Assembly (NCBI GenBank): GCA_963665095.1
Contig: OY762069.1
Location: 5,856,001 to 5,920,000 of the forward strand
DNA length: 64,000 nucleotides
Source: an uncultured Desulfobacter sp.
GTDB lineage: Bacteria > Desulfobacterota > Desulfobacteria > Desulfobacterales > Desulfobacteraceae
Reading direction: 5' to 3'
The notes under the pieces were generated by a model. The model did not search any database, was not told the DNA's origin, and was given only the letters and a program-made list of their open reading frames with translations. A program made the translations under genes and the position numbers. Of this stretch, positions 1 through 9,458 are shown in pieces (position 1 is the stretch's first letter; each line of letters opens with the position of its first letter).

Positions 1-233
1 TGCCAGAACAACAAAATAAGCCGCCCATTTCCCAGGAACAACAGGATAAATTAATGGCACAACTTAGCCTGGCAGTAAAACAACGAAGGCCACGGCGCAT
101 TGAAACGGCAATGGCGGAGATATGCGCCTATGCCCTGGATGAAAAAACCACGCAACTGCTGGACGGTGCAGCACGGTTAATACGAAAATATAAGTACAAA
201 GAGGCGTATGATCTATTAAAATCAGATAGATAG
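1..233 (+). CDS. 3' end of a gene entering the window, possibly the tail of a hybrid sensor kinase
   Basis: Frame 3 is open from the window edge to TAG at 231-233 (..LSLAVKQRRPRRIETAM..LIRKYKYKEAYDLLKSDR*). It resembles the helical tails after Hpt domains. Confidence 0.4.
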   Translation, partial: PEQQNKPPISQEQQDKLMAQLSLAVKQRRPRRIETAMAEICAYALDEKTTQLLDGAARLIRKYKYKEAYDLLKSDR

Positions 234-491
234 GGGAAAAATATCATCCATTAAAAAAATATAGAGATGGCGTATGAGATAGCGGGCCTTAGTTTTTTAG
301 ATCGGCTTCATACTCGATCGTTTGTCCGGTGACCAGCCGGTCGCACTCAATTATCAATTATTCACTAACCGGCACTGCTGCTAACGGGACTGACTATAGT
401 ACCCTGAACAGAACGCTCACCATAGCAAAAGGAGAAACTTTTGCACCATCAATATAGATGTGAACGATGACGATTATCCTGAAACTGAATC

Positions 492-971
492 ATGGAAGTA
501 CTGCCAAAGAGATTTCGCAGCTATGATCTGTCACTTCACCCGACAAAAACAGTGATCCTGCCATTTGGTAAACCGTGTGTTTTCCTACGTAAAGATAAAA
601 GAAATGGAACGTTTGACTGTCTTGGATTCACATTCTATTGGGCCAGATCTCTAAAAGGGTACTGGATCATAAAGAAGAAAGCGTCAGGAAAGCGGGTGAA
701 CCGGTTTATGAAAATGTTGTGGCAGTGGGCTCGTGCCCATCGACATGACCCGACATGGGACCAGTATTTGACTTTAAGCAGCAAGCTTCGCGGGTTTTAT
801 CAGTACTATGGTGTAAGAACCAACTACAAAGCACTGGAAGCAGTGTTTGAATATGCGCAGAAAGCCTGGCGTTACTGGCTGAGCAAAAGAAGCCAGAGAA
901 GTAATGTGCGGATGGCGGACTTAATTGGTAAGTATCCCCTGCCAAAACCAAGGATCGTACACAATATATAA
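492..971 (+). pseudogene. Group II intron reverse transcriptase/maturase, C-terminal fragment
   Basis: LSLHPTKT, FDCLGFTF and LRGFYQYY motifs (RT7 and maturase X domain). No YADD region upstream and no domain V/VI after the stop. Confidence 0.85.
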
Positions 972-1090
972 TGTCTTTCGTATCATGCACTTCAACATGG
1001 TCTGCATCGGGCACGATTAGCAATTCTTTGGCATCGGAAGCCATCTTGTAAACGTCCTCTGAGTAGTCGCGTGAATGAGCGTGAAGGTAA
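972..1090 (-). pseudogene. Alpha/beta hydrolase C-terminal fragment
   Basis: HAHSRDYSEDVYKMASDAKELLIVPDADHVEVHD resembles the catalytic-His end of alpha/beta hydrolases. The rest of the ORF is antisense to the RT fragment. Confidence 0.55.
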
Positions 1091-1315
1091 GTGTTCACGA
1101 GGGACCGATTTTTAAGGGTTTCCCATGGATGCTTCCGGTTTGGTTCCGGATGTGATATTACCACGATAGAGATTGAAGCAACGCTCTGGATACCCAGTTC
1201 AGTTCCTTATGAAGGGGATGCTGGTGATTGGCGGATACCTGGTCCCTTCGCTCAGAGAACAAGGCCGGGATGATCTGGCCGATAATACCATTGACAGACG
1301 GCAAAAAAAGGAACT

Positions 1316-2881
1316 ATGAAAAAAATAGGCTTATTCTTGGTAGCGGGAAACGTGCTGGGGGGATGTTCCACTTTTTTATATTTTAAATTCTTTCTGCCAT
1401 CAATCCAAAACAATCCAGCCATCCCAGGATATTATGATACAACGTTTTTTCTGGCTAGTATGGCCGTGTTGATCCTACTGGGGTTTTGCATTTTTAAGAG
1501 CAAATCGGGCAAAACCCTGTATGCGGTTGCACAAGGTCGGCGGGACATTTCTGAGTTTGATCCATCAGTAGTTCACCATCTTCAGCGAGAGGCTCTTCAA
1601 TATCCATTTGTCATTACGGTGATCTCTTTTCTGGGATGGAATCTGGCCGGTTTTACTTTCGGGTTTCTGCAACCCGTGATCACAGCAAAGATATTTAATC
1701 TGACCACACCGGGTCTGGTGATCTGCCTGAGGGAATTCTTAGGAATTATTCTTCTTGGCGGAGGGGTGACCTGCCTGGTCCTTTTTTTTGTTCTGGAGGA
1801 TGCCTGGCGTCCTTATATCCCCAAATTTTTTCCCCAGGGCAATTTAAACCAGGTCAAGCATGGGTTTAAAATCAGCGTTAGAAAAAGGTTTCTATTGGTT
1901 GCCCTGGGAATTATATTGATTCCACTTCCCATTATTGCCACCACCATTGTTATAAAAATTCAACAGCTTCACCTGGCCGATACGGCTGCCCGGAACGAGT
2001 TGATTTCTTCCCTTTATTGGGAGTTGTTTTTTATCTCCATAGATTCACTGACCATCGCATCGGTTTTGGCCTATCTCTTGGCAAAAAGTGTCTTAACTCC
2101 CCTGCTTCAGATAAAAAAGGCCATTAAAGTCGTTGAGCAGAATAACCTGGATTCCCAGATTAAAATCATGTCTAATGATGAGCTGGGGGATGTGGCCCAG
2201 GGGATAAATGATATGATTCTAAGCCTAAATGAAAGCCAGCGGGAAAGGAACTCCTTTAGCCGATACATGGGGGAGGAAATCCGTGATGAAATCATGTCCG
2301 GAAGAATCTCCATGGAGGGCGAGATGAAGAGGGTGACACTGCTTTTTTCCGATCTGAGGAATTTTACGGGGCTTGTGGAAAAAAATCATCCCCGACAGGT
2401 GGTAAAAATTTTAAATCAGTATTTTAATGAAATGACTCTGGCCGTTAAAGCACACAAGGGACTTATCCTTCAATATGTAGGAGATGAGATCGAGGCTGTT
2501 TTCGGGGCACCCGTGGGTTTTGAAGATCATCCGGAAATGGCGGTACAAGCGGCCCTGGAAATGAGAGAACGGCTGGCAAAATTAAACATGACTCTTGAAA
2601 AACAAGGGGTTGCTCCCCTGGAACACGGGATAGGTATCCATTCAGGAGCGGTGCTTGCCGGCAATATCGGTAGCCAGGAGAGAATGTCCTATGGCCTAGT
2701 CGGAGATACGGTGAATACCGCATCCCGCATTGAAGGACTGGCCAAAACATATGAGACGGACATCCTCCTGAGCCAAACCACTCAGAACTTGTTAACCAAC
2801 TCCTATGTCACCAAACAGTTGGATCCGGTCAAAGTAAAGGGAAAGGATGAAGGATTGATCATTTATAAGCTATTGTCCTGA
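1316..2881 (+). CDS. Membrane-bound class III adenylate/guanylate cyclase with HAMP domain
   Basis: Several TM helices, HAMP (DELGDVAQGINDM), LFSDLRNFT, YVGDEI, GIGIHSG, GDTVNTASRIE. Confidence 0.93.
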   Translation: MKKIGLFLVAGNVLGGCSTFLYFKFFLPSIQNNPAIPGYYDTTFFLASMAVLILLGFCIFKSKSGKTLYAVAQGRRDISEFDPSVVHHLQREALQYPFVITVISFLGWNLAGFTFGFLQPVITAKIFNLTTPGLVICLREFLGIILLGGGVTCLVLFFVLEDAWRPYIPKFFPQGNLNQVKHGFKISVRKRFLLVALGIILIPLPIIATTIVIKIQQLHLADTAARNELISSLYWELFFISIDSLTIASVLAYLLAKSVLTPLLQIKKAIKVVEQNNLDSQIKIMSNDELGDVAQGINDMILSLNESQRERNSFSRYMGEEIRDEIMSGRISMEGEMKRVTLLFSDLRNFTGLVEKNHPRQVVKILNQYFNEMTLAVKAHKGLILQYVGDEIEAVFGAPVGFEDHPEMAVQAALEMRERLAKLNMTLEKQGVAPLEHGIGIHSGAVLAGNIGSQERMSYGLVGDTVNTASRIEGLAKTYETDILLSQTTQNLLTNSYVTKQLDPVKVKGKDEGLIIYKLLS

Positions 2882-3057
2882 TTTCATATTTTTTGTCCTG
2901 CCTTCATCTATCTATTTCACCATTGATATATAATAATCAGCACATTCATTTCCAGGTAAGAAACCTTTGATCCAATATGTAACTTGGAGGGCAGGATGAC
3001 AACAGAGAGCATTGAGCAATCAGCATTTTCCGAAAAACTTGAGAATTTGAAGCCGGT
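2877..3057 (+). repeat. ~180 bp direct repeat copy of the araC-GRE intergenic region plus GRE 5' end
   Basis: Near-identical to 5262..5442, including RBS GGAGGG and ATGACAACAGAGAGCATTGAGCAATCAGC. Confidence 0.95.
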
Positions 3058-3122
3058 GCAGCCCTGTGGCTGAAATCGGGAGGAGAGATCGCATCGTGTC
3101 TTCCCAAGACAAAGGCCGCCAT

Positions 3123-4201
3123 ATGAATATCCTGTTGCTCTACCCCAAGTTTCCCCCAAGTTCTGGTCCTTTGAAAAGACCATCGCCCTGAGGGGGAAAA
3201 AAGCCTTCATGCCCCCCTTGGGTCTGATCACCATTGCCGCCATGCTGCCCAAGGACTGGGCGGTCACCCAGGTGGACCGGAATATCAGGGAAGTCTCAAC
3301 GGAGGAGTGGGCCCGGGCCGATCTGGTCATGATCTCGGGGATGATTGCCCAGAGAGCGGATTTCACGGCACAGATCAAGGCAGCCAAGGCGTTTGGAAAG
3401 CCGGTGTTCGTCGGCGGTCCCTATGTCTCCTCTTCCCCGGAACGCTTTGAGGCGGCCGGTGCCGACTTCATTGTCAGGGACGAAGGAGAACTCACGATCC
3501 CCCTCCTGGTCCGGGCCCTCAGGCAGGGGCAAACCTCGGGACACTTCAGCGCGGACGGCGAAAAGCCGGACATGTCTCTGGCCCCGCTGCCCCGCTACGA
3601 CCTTCTGGACATGGATACCTATTCGGTCATGCCGGTCCAGTTCTCCAGAGGCTGCCCCTTCAATTGCGAGTTGTGAGATATTATCGTGCTCTACGGCCGG
3701 AAGGTCAGGACCAAATCCAACGCCCAGGTCCTGCCCGGCACCGCCCTTGAGAAACGCCTCCTGGCGGAAGGACGGATGTCGGACCGGTCCGGGGACATCA
3801 GTTATACCACCCTGACCAACTTTACGCCCTCCCGCCTGGTGGATGAAATCGCCAGGGAATTCATGGACGGTTTCTGGATGCTATACGACCCTGCCGCCTA
3901 CATCGACAGGGTATACCGCTGCTACAAAATTTTAGGAAAGGTGAAGTTCCCGCCGAAAAACCGTGAGCACCATAAAATCAAAGCCCAGGATATCAAAGCC
4001 ATGTTCATCCTCCTGTGGCACCTGGGCATCCGGTCCCCCTGCAGGAAGAAATTCTGGACGCGCCTTTTCGGCGTCCTTAAGGAAAATCCGGACGGGCTGG
4101 TCAGTTTTTTAAGTGTCCTGGCCCAGCTGGAACACTTCACGGCGTACCGACAGACCGTCAGGGATCAGATTCAGGCCCAGCTTTCCGGAATGACATCCTG
4201 A
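3123..4201 (+). pseudogene. B12-binding radical SAM protein (DUF4070-type C-terminus), disrupted
   Basis: MNILLLYPKFP start, early frameshift, PPLGLITIAAMLP, SRGCPFNCE followed by TGA where the third Cys should be, then a jump from KSNAQV to LPGTAL (internal deletion). Confidence 0.88.
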
Positions 4202-4228
4202 CCGTTCCCCCCGGGCCTTTGCCGCTGC

Positions 4229-5272
4229 CTAATACTCTTTTCGACTGGCTTTTTCCCGGTAGTCTCTTGTCGTCATCCCTGTCCACTTTCTAAAAGCCGC
4301 TCTGAAGTTCGTGACTTCTGAAAAACCAATTCGATCTGCTATCTGTTCAATTGTAAGGGCGGTGTTTTCAATGTAGTGTTTTGCATATTCAGCCCGTGTC
4401 TCGTCAAGAACCTTCTGGAAGCTCGTATCCTGCTCCTTTAATTTCCGCCGCAGGGTCCTGCCGCTAACGCCGATTTGTCTGGCAACGTCCTCCAGTCTCC
4501 TATCCCTGAACGAAGAAGAAGTCACGATTGTCCGAATAGATTCAATGAGTTCATCCCTTCTTCCCCATTTATCCGCCAATTCCTCGCACCGCTGCATGCA
4601 AACCTCGGCCATCTGATCATGGCTCATTGATATGCGGATATTAAGCAGTTCTATGGGGAAAGAAACAGAATCAATGGTGCGGTCATAATATACCGGACAT
4701 TCGAACATTTCCCGGTACAGACGGCTGTATCCGGGTTTAGGATAGGAGAGATGGATTTCTGTCAAAGGAAGTTTGCCGCCGACAAGAAAACAGGTTGAAC
4801 TGTACCAGGTGGACAGCATTTCCTCTACAGCATATTTCCAAAGGAGCGGTTCTTTATACGGGTATGGCGGCAGGATTTCCCAGATTTGAATATCGCCCTC
4901 AGATTTTCGGATAATGTCTACCAGGCTTCCTGACACCTTCCAATACTGGACCGCAACATCCGCAGCTTCCTTGAGGGTATGGCTGCACATGATGGCATAC
5001 CCCCAAAAACCCAGTCCCGTTAAATTCTGTTCCCTGCCGATTCTGAGTCCAAGGGCCTCATCGGAGCTGAGAGTCAACCCGTTCTTTACGATTTTCAAGT
5101 AATCGGCAGGGGTGATAACGGCATCGGGGTTATGCAGCCATTTTTTGTCCAGGCGGACGCCGAGCAGTATTTTTTCTAGCGGAATTCCCCTCCTCGCCAG
5201 AGTTTTCACCAGCCACTGTGCCGCAGCGGCCGGGACAAATTTTTCCGATGCATGATTTTGGCCTGATTTCAT
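4229..5272 (-). CDS. AraC-family transcriptional regulator (OruR-like long N-domain)
   Basis: C-terminal double HTH (LEDVARQIGVSGRTLRRKL..IADRIGFSEVTNFRAAFRKWTG). Divergent from the GRE. Confidence 0.93.
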   Translation of the reverse strand: MKSGQNHASEKFVPAAAAQWLVKTLARRGIPLEKILLGVRLDKKWLHNPDAVITPADYLKIVKNGLTLSSDEALGLRIGREQNLTGLGFWGYAIMCSHTLKEAADVAVQYWKVSGSLVDIIRKSEGDIQIWEILPPYPYKEPLLWKYAVEEMLSTWYSSTCFLVGGKLPLTEIHLSYPKPGYSRLYREMFECPVYYDRTIDSVSFPIELLNIRISMSHDQMAEVCMQRCEELADKWGRRDELIESIRTIVTSSSFRDRRLEDVARQIGVSGRTLRRKLKEQDTSFQKVLDETRAEYAKHYIENTALTIEQIADRIGFSEVTNFRAAFRKWTGMTTRDYREKASRKEY

Positions 5273-5380
5273 ATCTTTTGTCCGGTCTTCATCTATCTAT
5301 TTCCCCATTGATATATAATAATCAGCACATTCATTTCCAGGTAAAAAACCTTTGATCCAATATTTAACTTGGAGGGCATA

Positions 5381-8300
5381 ATGACAACAGAGAGCATTGA
5401 GCAATCAGCATTTTCCGAAAAACTTGAGAATTTGAAGCCGGTCCGAAAGATGACGACTTTCGACCGCCTTGTGGGATATCCCCAAATGGCATCAGGCATT
5501 TCCCGGTATGTTTTCGGAAAAGTGCTTGGAAATGTGCAATGGCTATTGCTGGGTTTTCTTCGTTTTGTTGCTGCCAAATACAACTCCAGTGCGGTACTTC
5601 AAAAAGAACTAATGGGAACCCGGGGCTGGATTAATGCCGATGTCGTTTTTAAATCCATGGACGGCAACGTGGCGGTTGGCGTCCTGATTAAAGATGGAAC
5701 GATGGTAATTCAGGATTCGATATCGACCACTGCCGATGCAACATTCTGTTTTCAAACGGCCAATTGCATCATGAACTACCTCAACGCCGGCAAAAACCAA
5801 GCCAATGCCATGATGCTGGAAGGTCGGATGTGGATTCATGGCAATATGACCCTGGGCTATTATTTCTTTTACCTGCTAAATGTTGTCCTTTTAAAGGAGG
5901 AGTTTAAATCCCAGAAGCAGGCAATTGATGAAAATCGCAGTCTGGCCAGAAAAGCCGCGAAAGGGGTGTCGACGTGTGGAAGAGCTGAAAAGAAGAAACG
6001 GCGTTCCCAGCGGTTGAAAGCAGAGAAGAGAGACCCCGGCGTTAAATGGCTGAAGAATCCCTATCTGGAGGAATACGGTCTGGAGGATTTTCCACGGGTC
6101 GAAACATTTCGCGAGGAGTTGTTTCACACCAGAACAGAGTTGACGGCTGAGTACGGAAAGCTGTTGACCGATTTCTTTATTGAGAACGGATATGAAACTA
6201 AAAAATCAGGCGAAGAATGGGAGCCCAATCTGCGTAGAGCAGAAAGTTTCCATTACCTGATGTCTAACCGGCAGGCCCTGATTCGGAAAAACGATTTGCT
6301 GGCGGGAACCTATACCCCGAATCCGGTTTCCGGAACCGTAACCCACCCTCATACAATGGGCCATTTGATGTGGCCGGAGCTGAAAACAATAGACAAACGG
6401 GAACTCAGACCTCACCAGATAAGCGAGGAGACTGCGTGGGTCATGCACCACCACGTCCTGCCCTTCTGGGCGGACAGGAATTTGCTGCAATGGTGGAAAA
6501 AGGATTTCAACAACTCATTGCCGGCACAGATCCAGGACCGCTGGTTTGCGATCTTCTTCTGGAAATTCGTGTCTCAAAGCGAAATCAGTCCAGGATATGA
6601 CAATTTTATCCTCAAGGGCCTGAAAGGGATGGAAGCTACGATTGATGCTGAACTTAAAAACGATCCCAATGCCGATGAGGAGAAGGTCAACACCCTTAAC
6701 GCCATGAAAATCGGTCTGGATGCCGCGAGGGCCTATGCCCGCAACCTGGCACAGCAGGCTCGAAAAGAAGCGGCAACCGAATCGCATCCACAACGCAGGG
6801 TCGAACTGGAAGAGATGGCGGAAAGGCTTGAACATGTCCCTGAATATCCGGCTCGAACTTTGATTGAGGCTGTTCAAACCCTCTGGATTATGCATATTTG
6901 CCTGGGACTGGAAAACATGGACGACGGTCCCATGCTGGGAAGGCTCGATCAAATTCTGCAACCGTTCTTTGAGGCCGAGATGGAGCTGTTGAAAACGGAA
7001 AGCGAGAGGGAAGCCTATGTAAAAGATGTTATCGAGATTATGGGATGCCTCTTTTTCAGACTGGCCAGTCACTTGATTGCATCTCCGGAAATCGGAGAAT
7101 GGCAAAACTCAGGAGCCCCGCCGAACACGACCATTACGGTAGGGGGTGTTAAAAAGGACGGAACCGACGCCGTGAATGATATGTCCTATATCATCCTCAA
7201 GGTAATCGAAATGCTGGCCTTGCAGGACCCGAATTGTCATGCCCGTTATAAAATCGGTGTCAACAGCCGTGATTTTTTGAAGCGGGTTTGCGAAGTGAAC
7301 TACACCACCGGTGCAACACCCTGTATTCACAGTGATGAGGCCATGATCACTGCCTTGAGTGCTAACGCAAACTGGGCGTTGGAGGATATCCGCGGCTGGA
7401 CTCCCACCGGGTGTGTTGAGCCTTCCCTCCCGGGAAAGCACTGCTCTGCAACATCCTCACTGGAGGTCAACCTGATGGCGCCGTTTGAGATGGCGATGAA
7501 CAACGGGTATCATCCGCTGGTGAACTGGCGCCTTGGCCCGGAAACAGGGCGGATCGACAAAGGCGATTTCAGGTCCTTCGAGGATTTCTGGGCGGCCTTT
7601 GACAAACAGAGCTGTTTCATCATCGAGCAATCCGTTATCGGCAATAACGAGTTGGGGATCATCCACCAGAAACACATGCCGGCGCCTTTGCTGTCGGCTT
7701 CGATCAAGGGGTGTATAAAAACCGGCAGGGGGATGACCCGAGGGGGTGCGAAGTACAATTCCACCGGTGTTGCAATTATTGGGCTGGCAGACGTGGTGGA
7801 TTCCCTGATGGCCATCAGGACCTTGGTTTTTGATAAAAAGATCGTGACCTTCTCGGAGTTGAAGCAGGCAATCGATAGCAATTATGAAGGATTTGAAAAG
7901 ATTCATGCATTGGTGAAAAACAAGGTTTCCCGCTTCGGTTCCGGAAATCCAGAGGCAGTGGCCATGGCAAATCGGGTCACAAAAATGTGCAACGATTATT
8001 ACAGGAATCACAGAAACTACCGAGGTGGCCATTATGCAACCGGATGGTGGACCATGAATAATCATTCGGTTTACGGCAGGGTTTCCAGCGCCTCGCCTTC
8101 CGGCAGGCTCAAGGGAGAGCCTTTTACCCCGGGTTTAACACCCCATGCGAGTGCATCGAACAATATTCTGGACAATCTGCTGGATGTGGCCCAATTGGAT
8201 CCCACAACCCTGGACAATAATATCGCTTTTAACGTGCGAGTCGTCCCCTCGGCAAAAGACGCCTATGATCAGACGGTCAGCCGGATGGCGGATTACGTCC

Positions 8301-8494
8301 AGACCTACTTTGAAAAAGGGGGGATGCAGATCCAGTACAATGTGGTGGATACGGACACCCTGAAGGACGCCATGGCCAATCCGGAGCACTATGCTGATCT
8401 CCTTGTCAGGATTTCGGGTTACTGCGGCTATTTTGTCCAGTTGCAGCGCGACCTTCAGCTGGAGCTGATCCGTCGTAGCGAGTTTGGATTATAG
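5381..8494 (+). CDS. Glycyl radical enzyme (PFL2/dehydratase-eliminase type) with SCP2-like N-terminal extension
   Basis: Cys loop GCVEP, Gly loop LVRISGY, GGMQIQYNVVD; ~1037 aa; RBS GGAGGG before ATG 5381. Confidence 0.93.
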   Translation: MTTESIEQSAFSEKLENLKPVRKMTTFDRLVGYPQMASGISRYVFGKVLGNVQWLLLGFLRFVAAKYNSSAVLQKELMGTRGWINADVVFKSMDGNVAVGVLIKDGTMVIQDSISTTADATFCFQTANCIMNYLNAGKNQANAMMLEGRMWIHGNMTLGYYFFYLLNVVLLKEEFKSQKQAIDENRSLARKAAKGVSTCGRAEKKKRRSQRLKAEKRDPGVKWLKNPYLEEYGLEDFPRVETFREELFHTRTELTAEYGKLLTDFFIENGYETKKSGEEWEPNLRRAESFHYLMSNRQALIRKNDLLAGTYTPNPVSGTVTHPHTMGHLMWPELKTIDKRELRPHQISEETAWVMHHHVLPFWADRNLLQWWKKDFNNSLPAQIQDRWFAIFFWKFVSQSEISPGYDNFILKGLKGMEATIDAELKNDPNADEEKVNTLNAMKIGLDAARAYARNLAQQARKEAATESHPQRRVELEEMAERLEHVPEYPARTLIEAVQTLWIMHICLGLENMDDGPMLGRLDQILQPFFEAEMELLKTESEREAYVKDVIEIMGCLFFRLASHLIASPEIGEWQNSGAPPNTTITVGGVKKDGTDAVNDMSYIILKVIEMLALQDPNCHARYKIGVNSRDFLKRVCEVNYTTGATPCIHSDEAMITALSANANWALEDIRGWTPTGCVEPSLPGKHCSATSSLEVNLMAPFEMAMNNGYHPLVNWRLGPETGRIDKGDFRSFEDFWAAFDKQSCFIIEQSVIGNNELGIIHQKHMPAPLLSASIKGCIKTGRGMTRGGAKYNSTGVAIIGLADVVDSLMAIRTLVFDKKIVTFSELKQAIDSNYEGFEKIHALVKNKVSRFGSGNPEAVAMANRVTKMCNDYYRNHRNYRGGHYATGWWTMNNHSVYGRVSSASPSGRLKGEPFTPGLTPHASASNNILDNLLDVAQLDPTTLDNNIAFNVRVVPSAKDAYDQTVSRMADYVQTYFEKGGMQIQYNVVDTDTLKDAMANPEHYADLLVRISGYCGYFVQLQRDLQLELIRRSEFGL

Positions 8495-8498
8495 ACCG

Positions 8499-9422
8499 AT
8501 GAAGCGTCCCCTCATCATCGATATCAAAGGGCACAGCCTGGACGACGGGCCCGGGATTCGGTCGGTCGTCTTTATCAAGGGCTGCCCTCTGCGCTGCAGC
8601 TGGTGCCAGAACCCGGAGAGTCAAAGGACCACGGCAGAATTGTCCTGGGATCGGGAGAAATGCATCGGATGCGGCTCATGTGCACAAATCTGCCCGGAAC
8701 AGGCCATATCCGGGAACAATCCGTTTTTTATCGATCGGAAGGCCTGTTCCCTTTGCTTCGCCTGCGTGGAAACCTGCCCTGCCGACGCCTTGAGAGAGGT
8801 GGGAAAGGCAATGACCGTGGATGAAATTGTGGCAAAAGTGCTGCGCTACAGATCCTTTTTTGACACTTCGGGAGGCGGTGTCACCCTTTCCGGCGGAGAG
8901 CCGATCATGTTTATGGAATTTGCCGCCGCCCTCCTGAGGCGATTCAAGGAAGAGGGGCTGCACACTTTGCTTGAAACCTGCGGCCATTTTGACAGGGACA
9001 GCTTTGAAAACTTGATCTTTCCGTGGATCGATACCATCTACATGGACATCAAAATTGCGGACCGAAAAAAACATCAAGACCACTGCGGCATTTCCAACGA
9101 TTTGATATTGGAAAATTTTACATGGCTCTGTGGGCAAGCCGCCTCTGGAAAAGTGACGTTTCTACCACGAACGCCATTGATACCGGGGATTACGGACAGC
9201 GATGCCCAAATTGCGGAACTCGTCGGTCTTTACACCAGACACGGGGTTCAAAAGGCTTGCCTGCTGGGAAACAATCCGATCTGGATCGATAAATGTGACC
9301 AACTCGGCATTCCTGCCAAGCCGGGGCCTCTATCCAAGCTAAGAGAGTTTTACAGTTCGAAAAACTATGAAGCAATTCGATCGCTGTTCAAAAGAAACGG
9401 AATAACAATGGTTTCTTCCTGA
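8499..9422 (+). CDS. Glycyl-radical enzyme activating enzyme (radical SAM with ferredoxin insert)
   Basis: DGPGIRSVVFIKGCPLRCSWCQNPE, two CxxCxxCxxxCP motifs, GVTLSGGEP. Confidence 0.96.
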   Translation: MKRPLIIDIKGHSLDDGPGIRSVVFIKGCPLRCSWCQNPESQRTTAELSWDREKCIGCGSCAQICPEQAISGNNPFFIDRKACSLCFACVETCPADALREVGKAMTVDEIVAKVLRYRSFFDTSGGGVTLSGGEPIMFMEFAAALLRRFKEEGLHTLLETCGHFDRDSFENLIFPWIDTIYMDIKIADRKKHQDHCGISNDLILENFTWLCGQAASGKVTFLPRTPLIPGITDSDAQIAELVGLYTRHGVQKACLLGNNPIWIDKCDQLGIPAKPGPLSKLREFYSSKNYEAIRSLFKRNGITMVSS

Positions 9423-9458
9423 AGGACAGTCAAATCATGAAGGTGAAGAGGAGGCATC

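Noticed and set aside
492..971. Retron, DGR or defence-associated reverse transcriptase
   Set aside because: Only the group II intron RT7/maturase end is present; there is no catalytic core, template/variable repeat or intron domain V.
3674..3676. Selenocysteine TGA at the third Cys of the radical SAM motif
   Set aside because: The same gene has a frameshift and a large internal deletion, so a nonsense mutation is the simpler explanation.
5381..8494. Pyruvate formate-lyase or alkyl/benzylsuccinate synthase
   Set aside because: The Cys loop is GCVEP rather than the PFL CC pair, and no small beta/gamma subunit genes are present.
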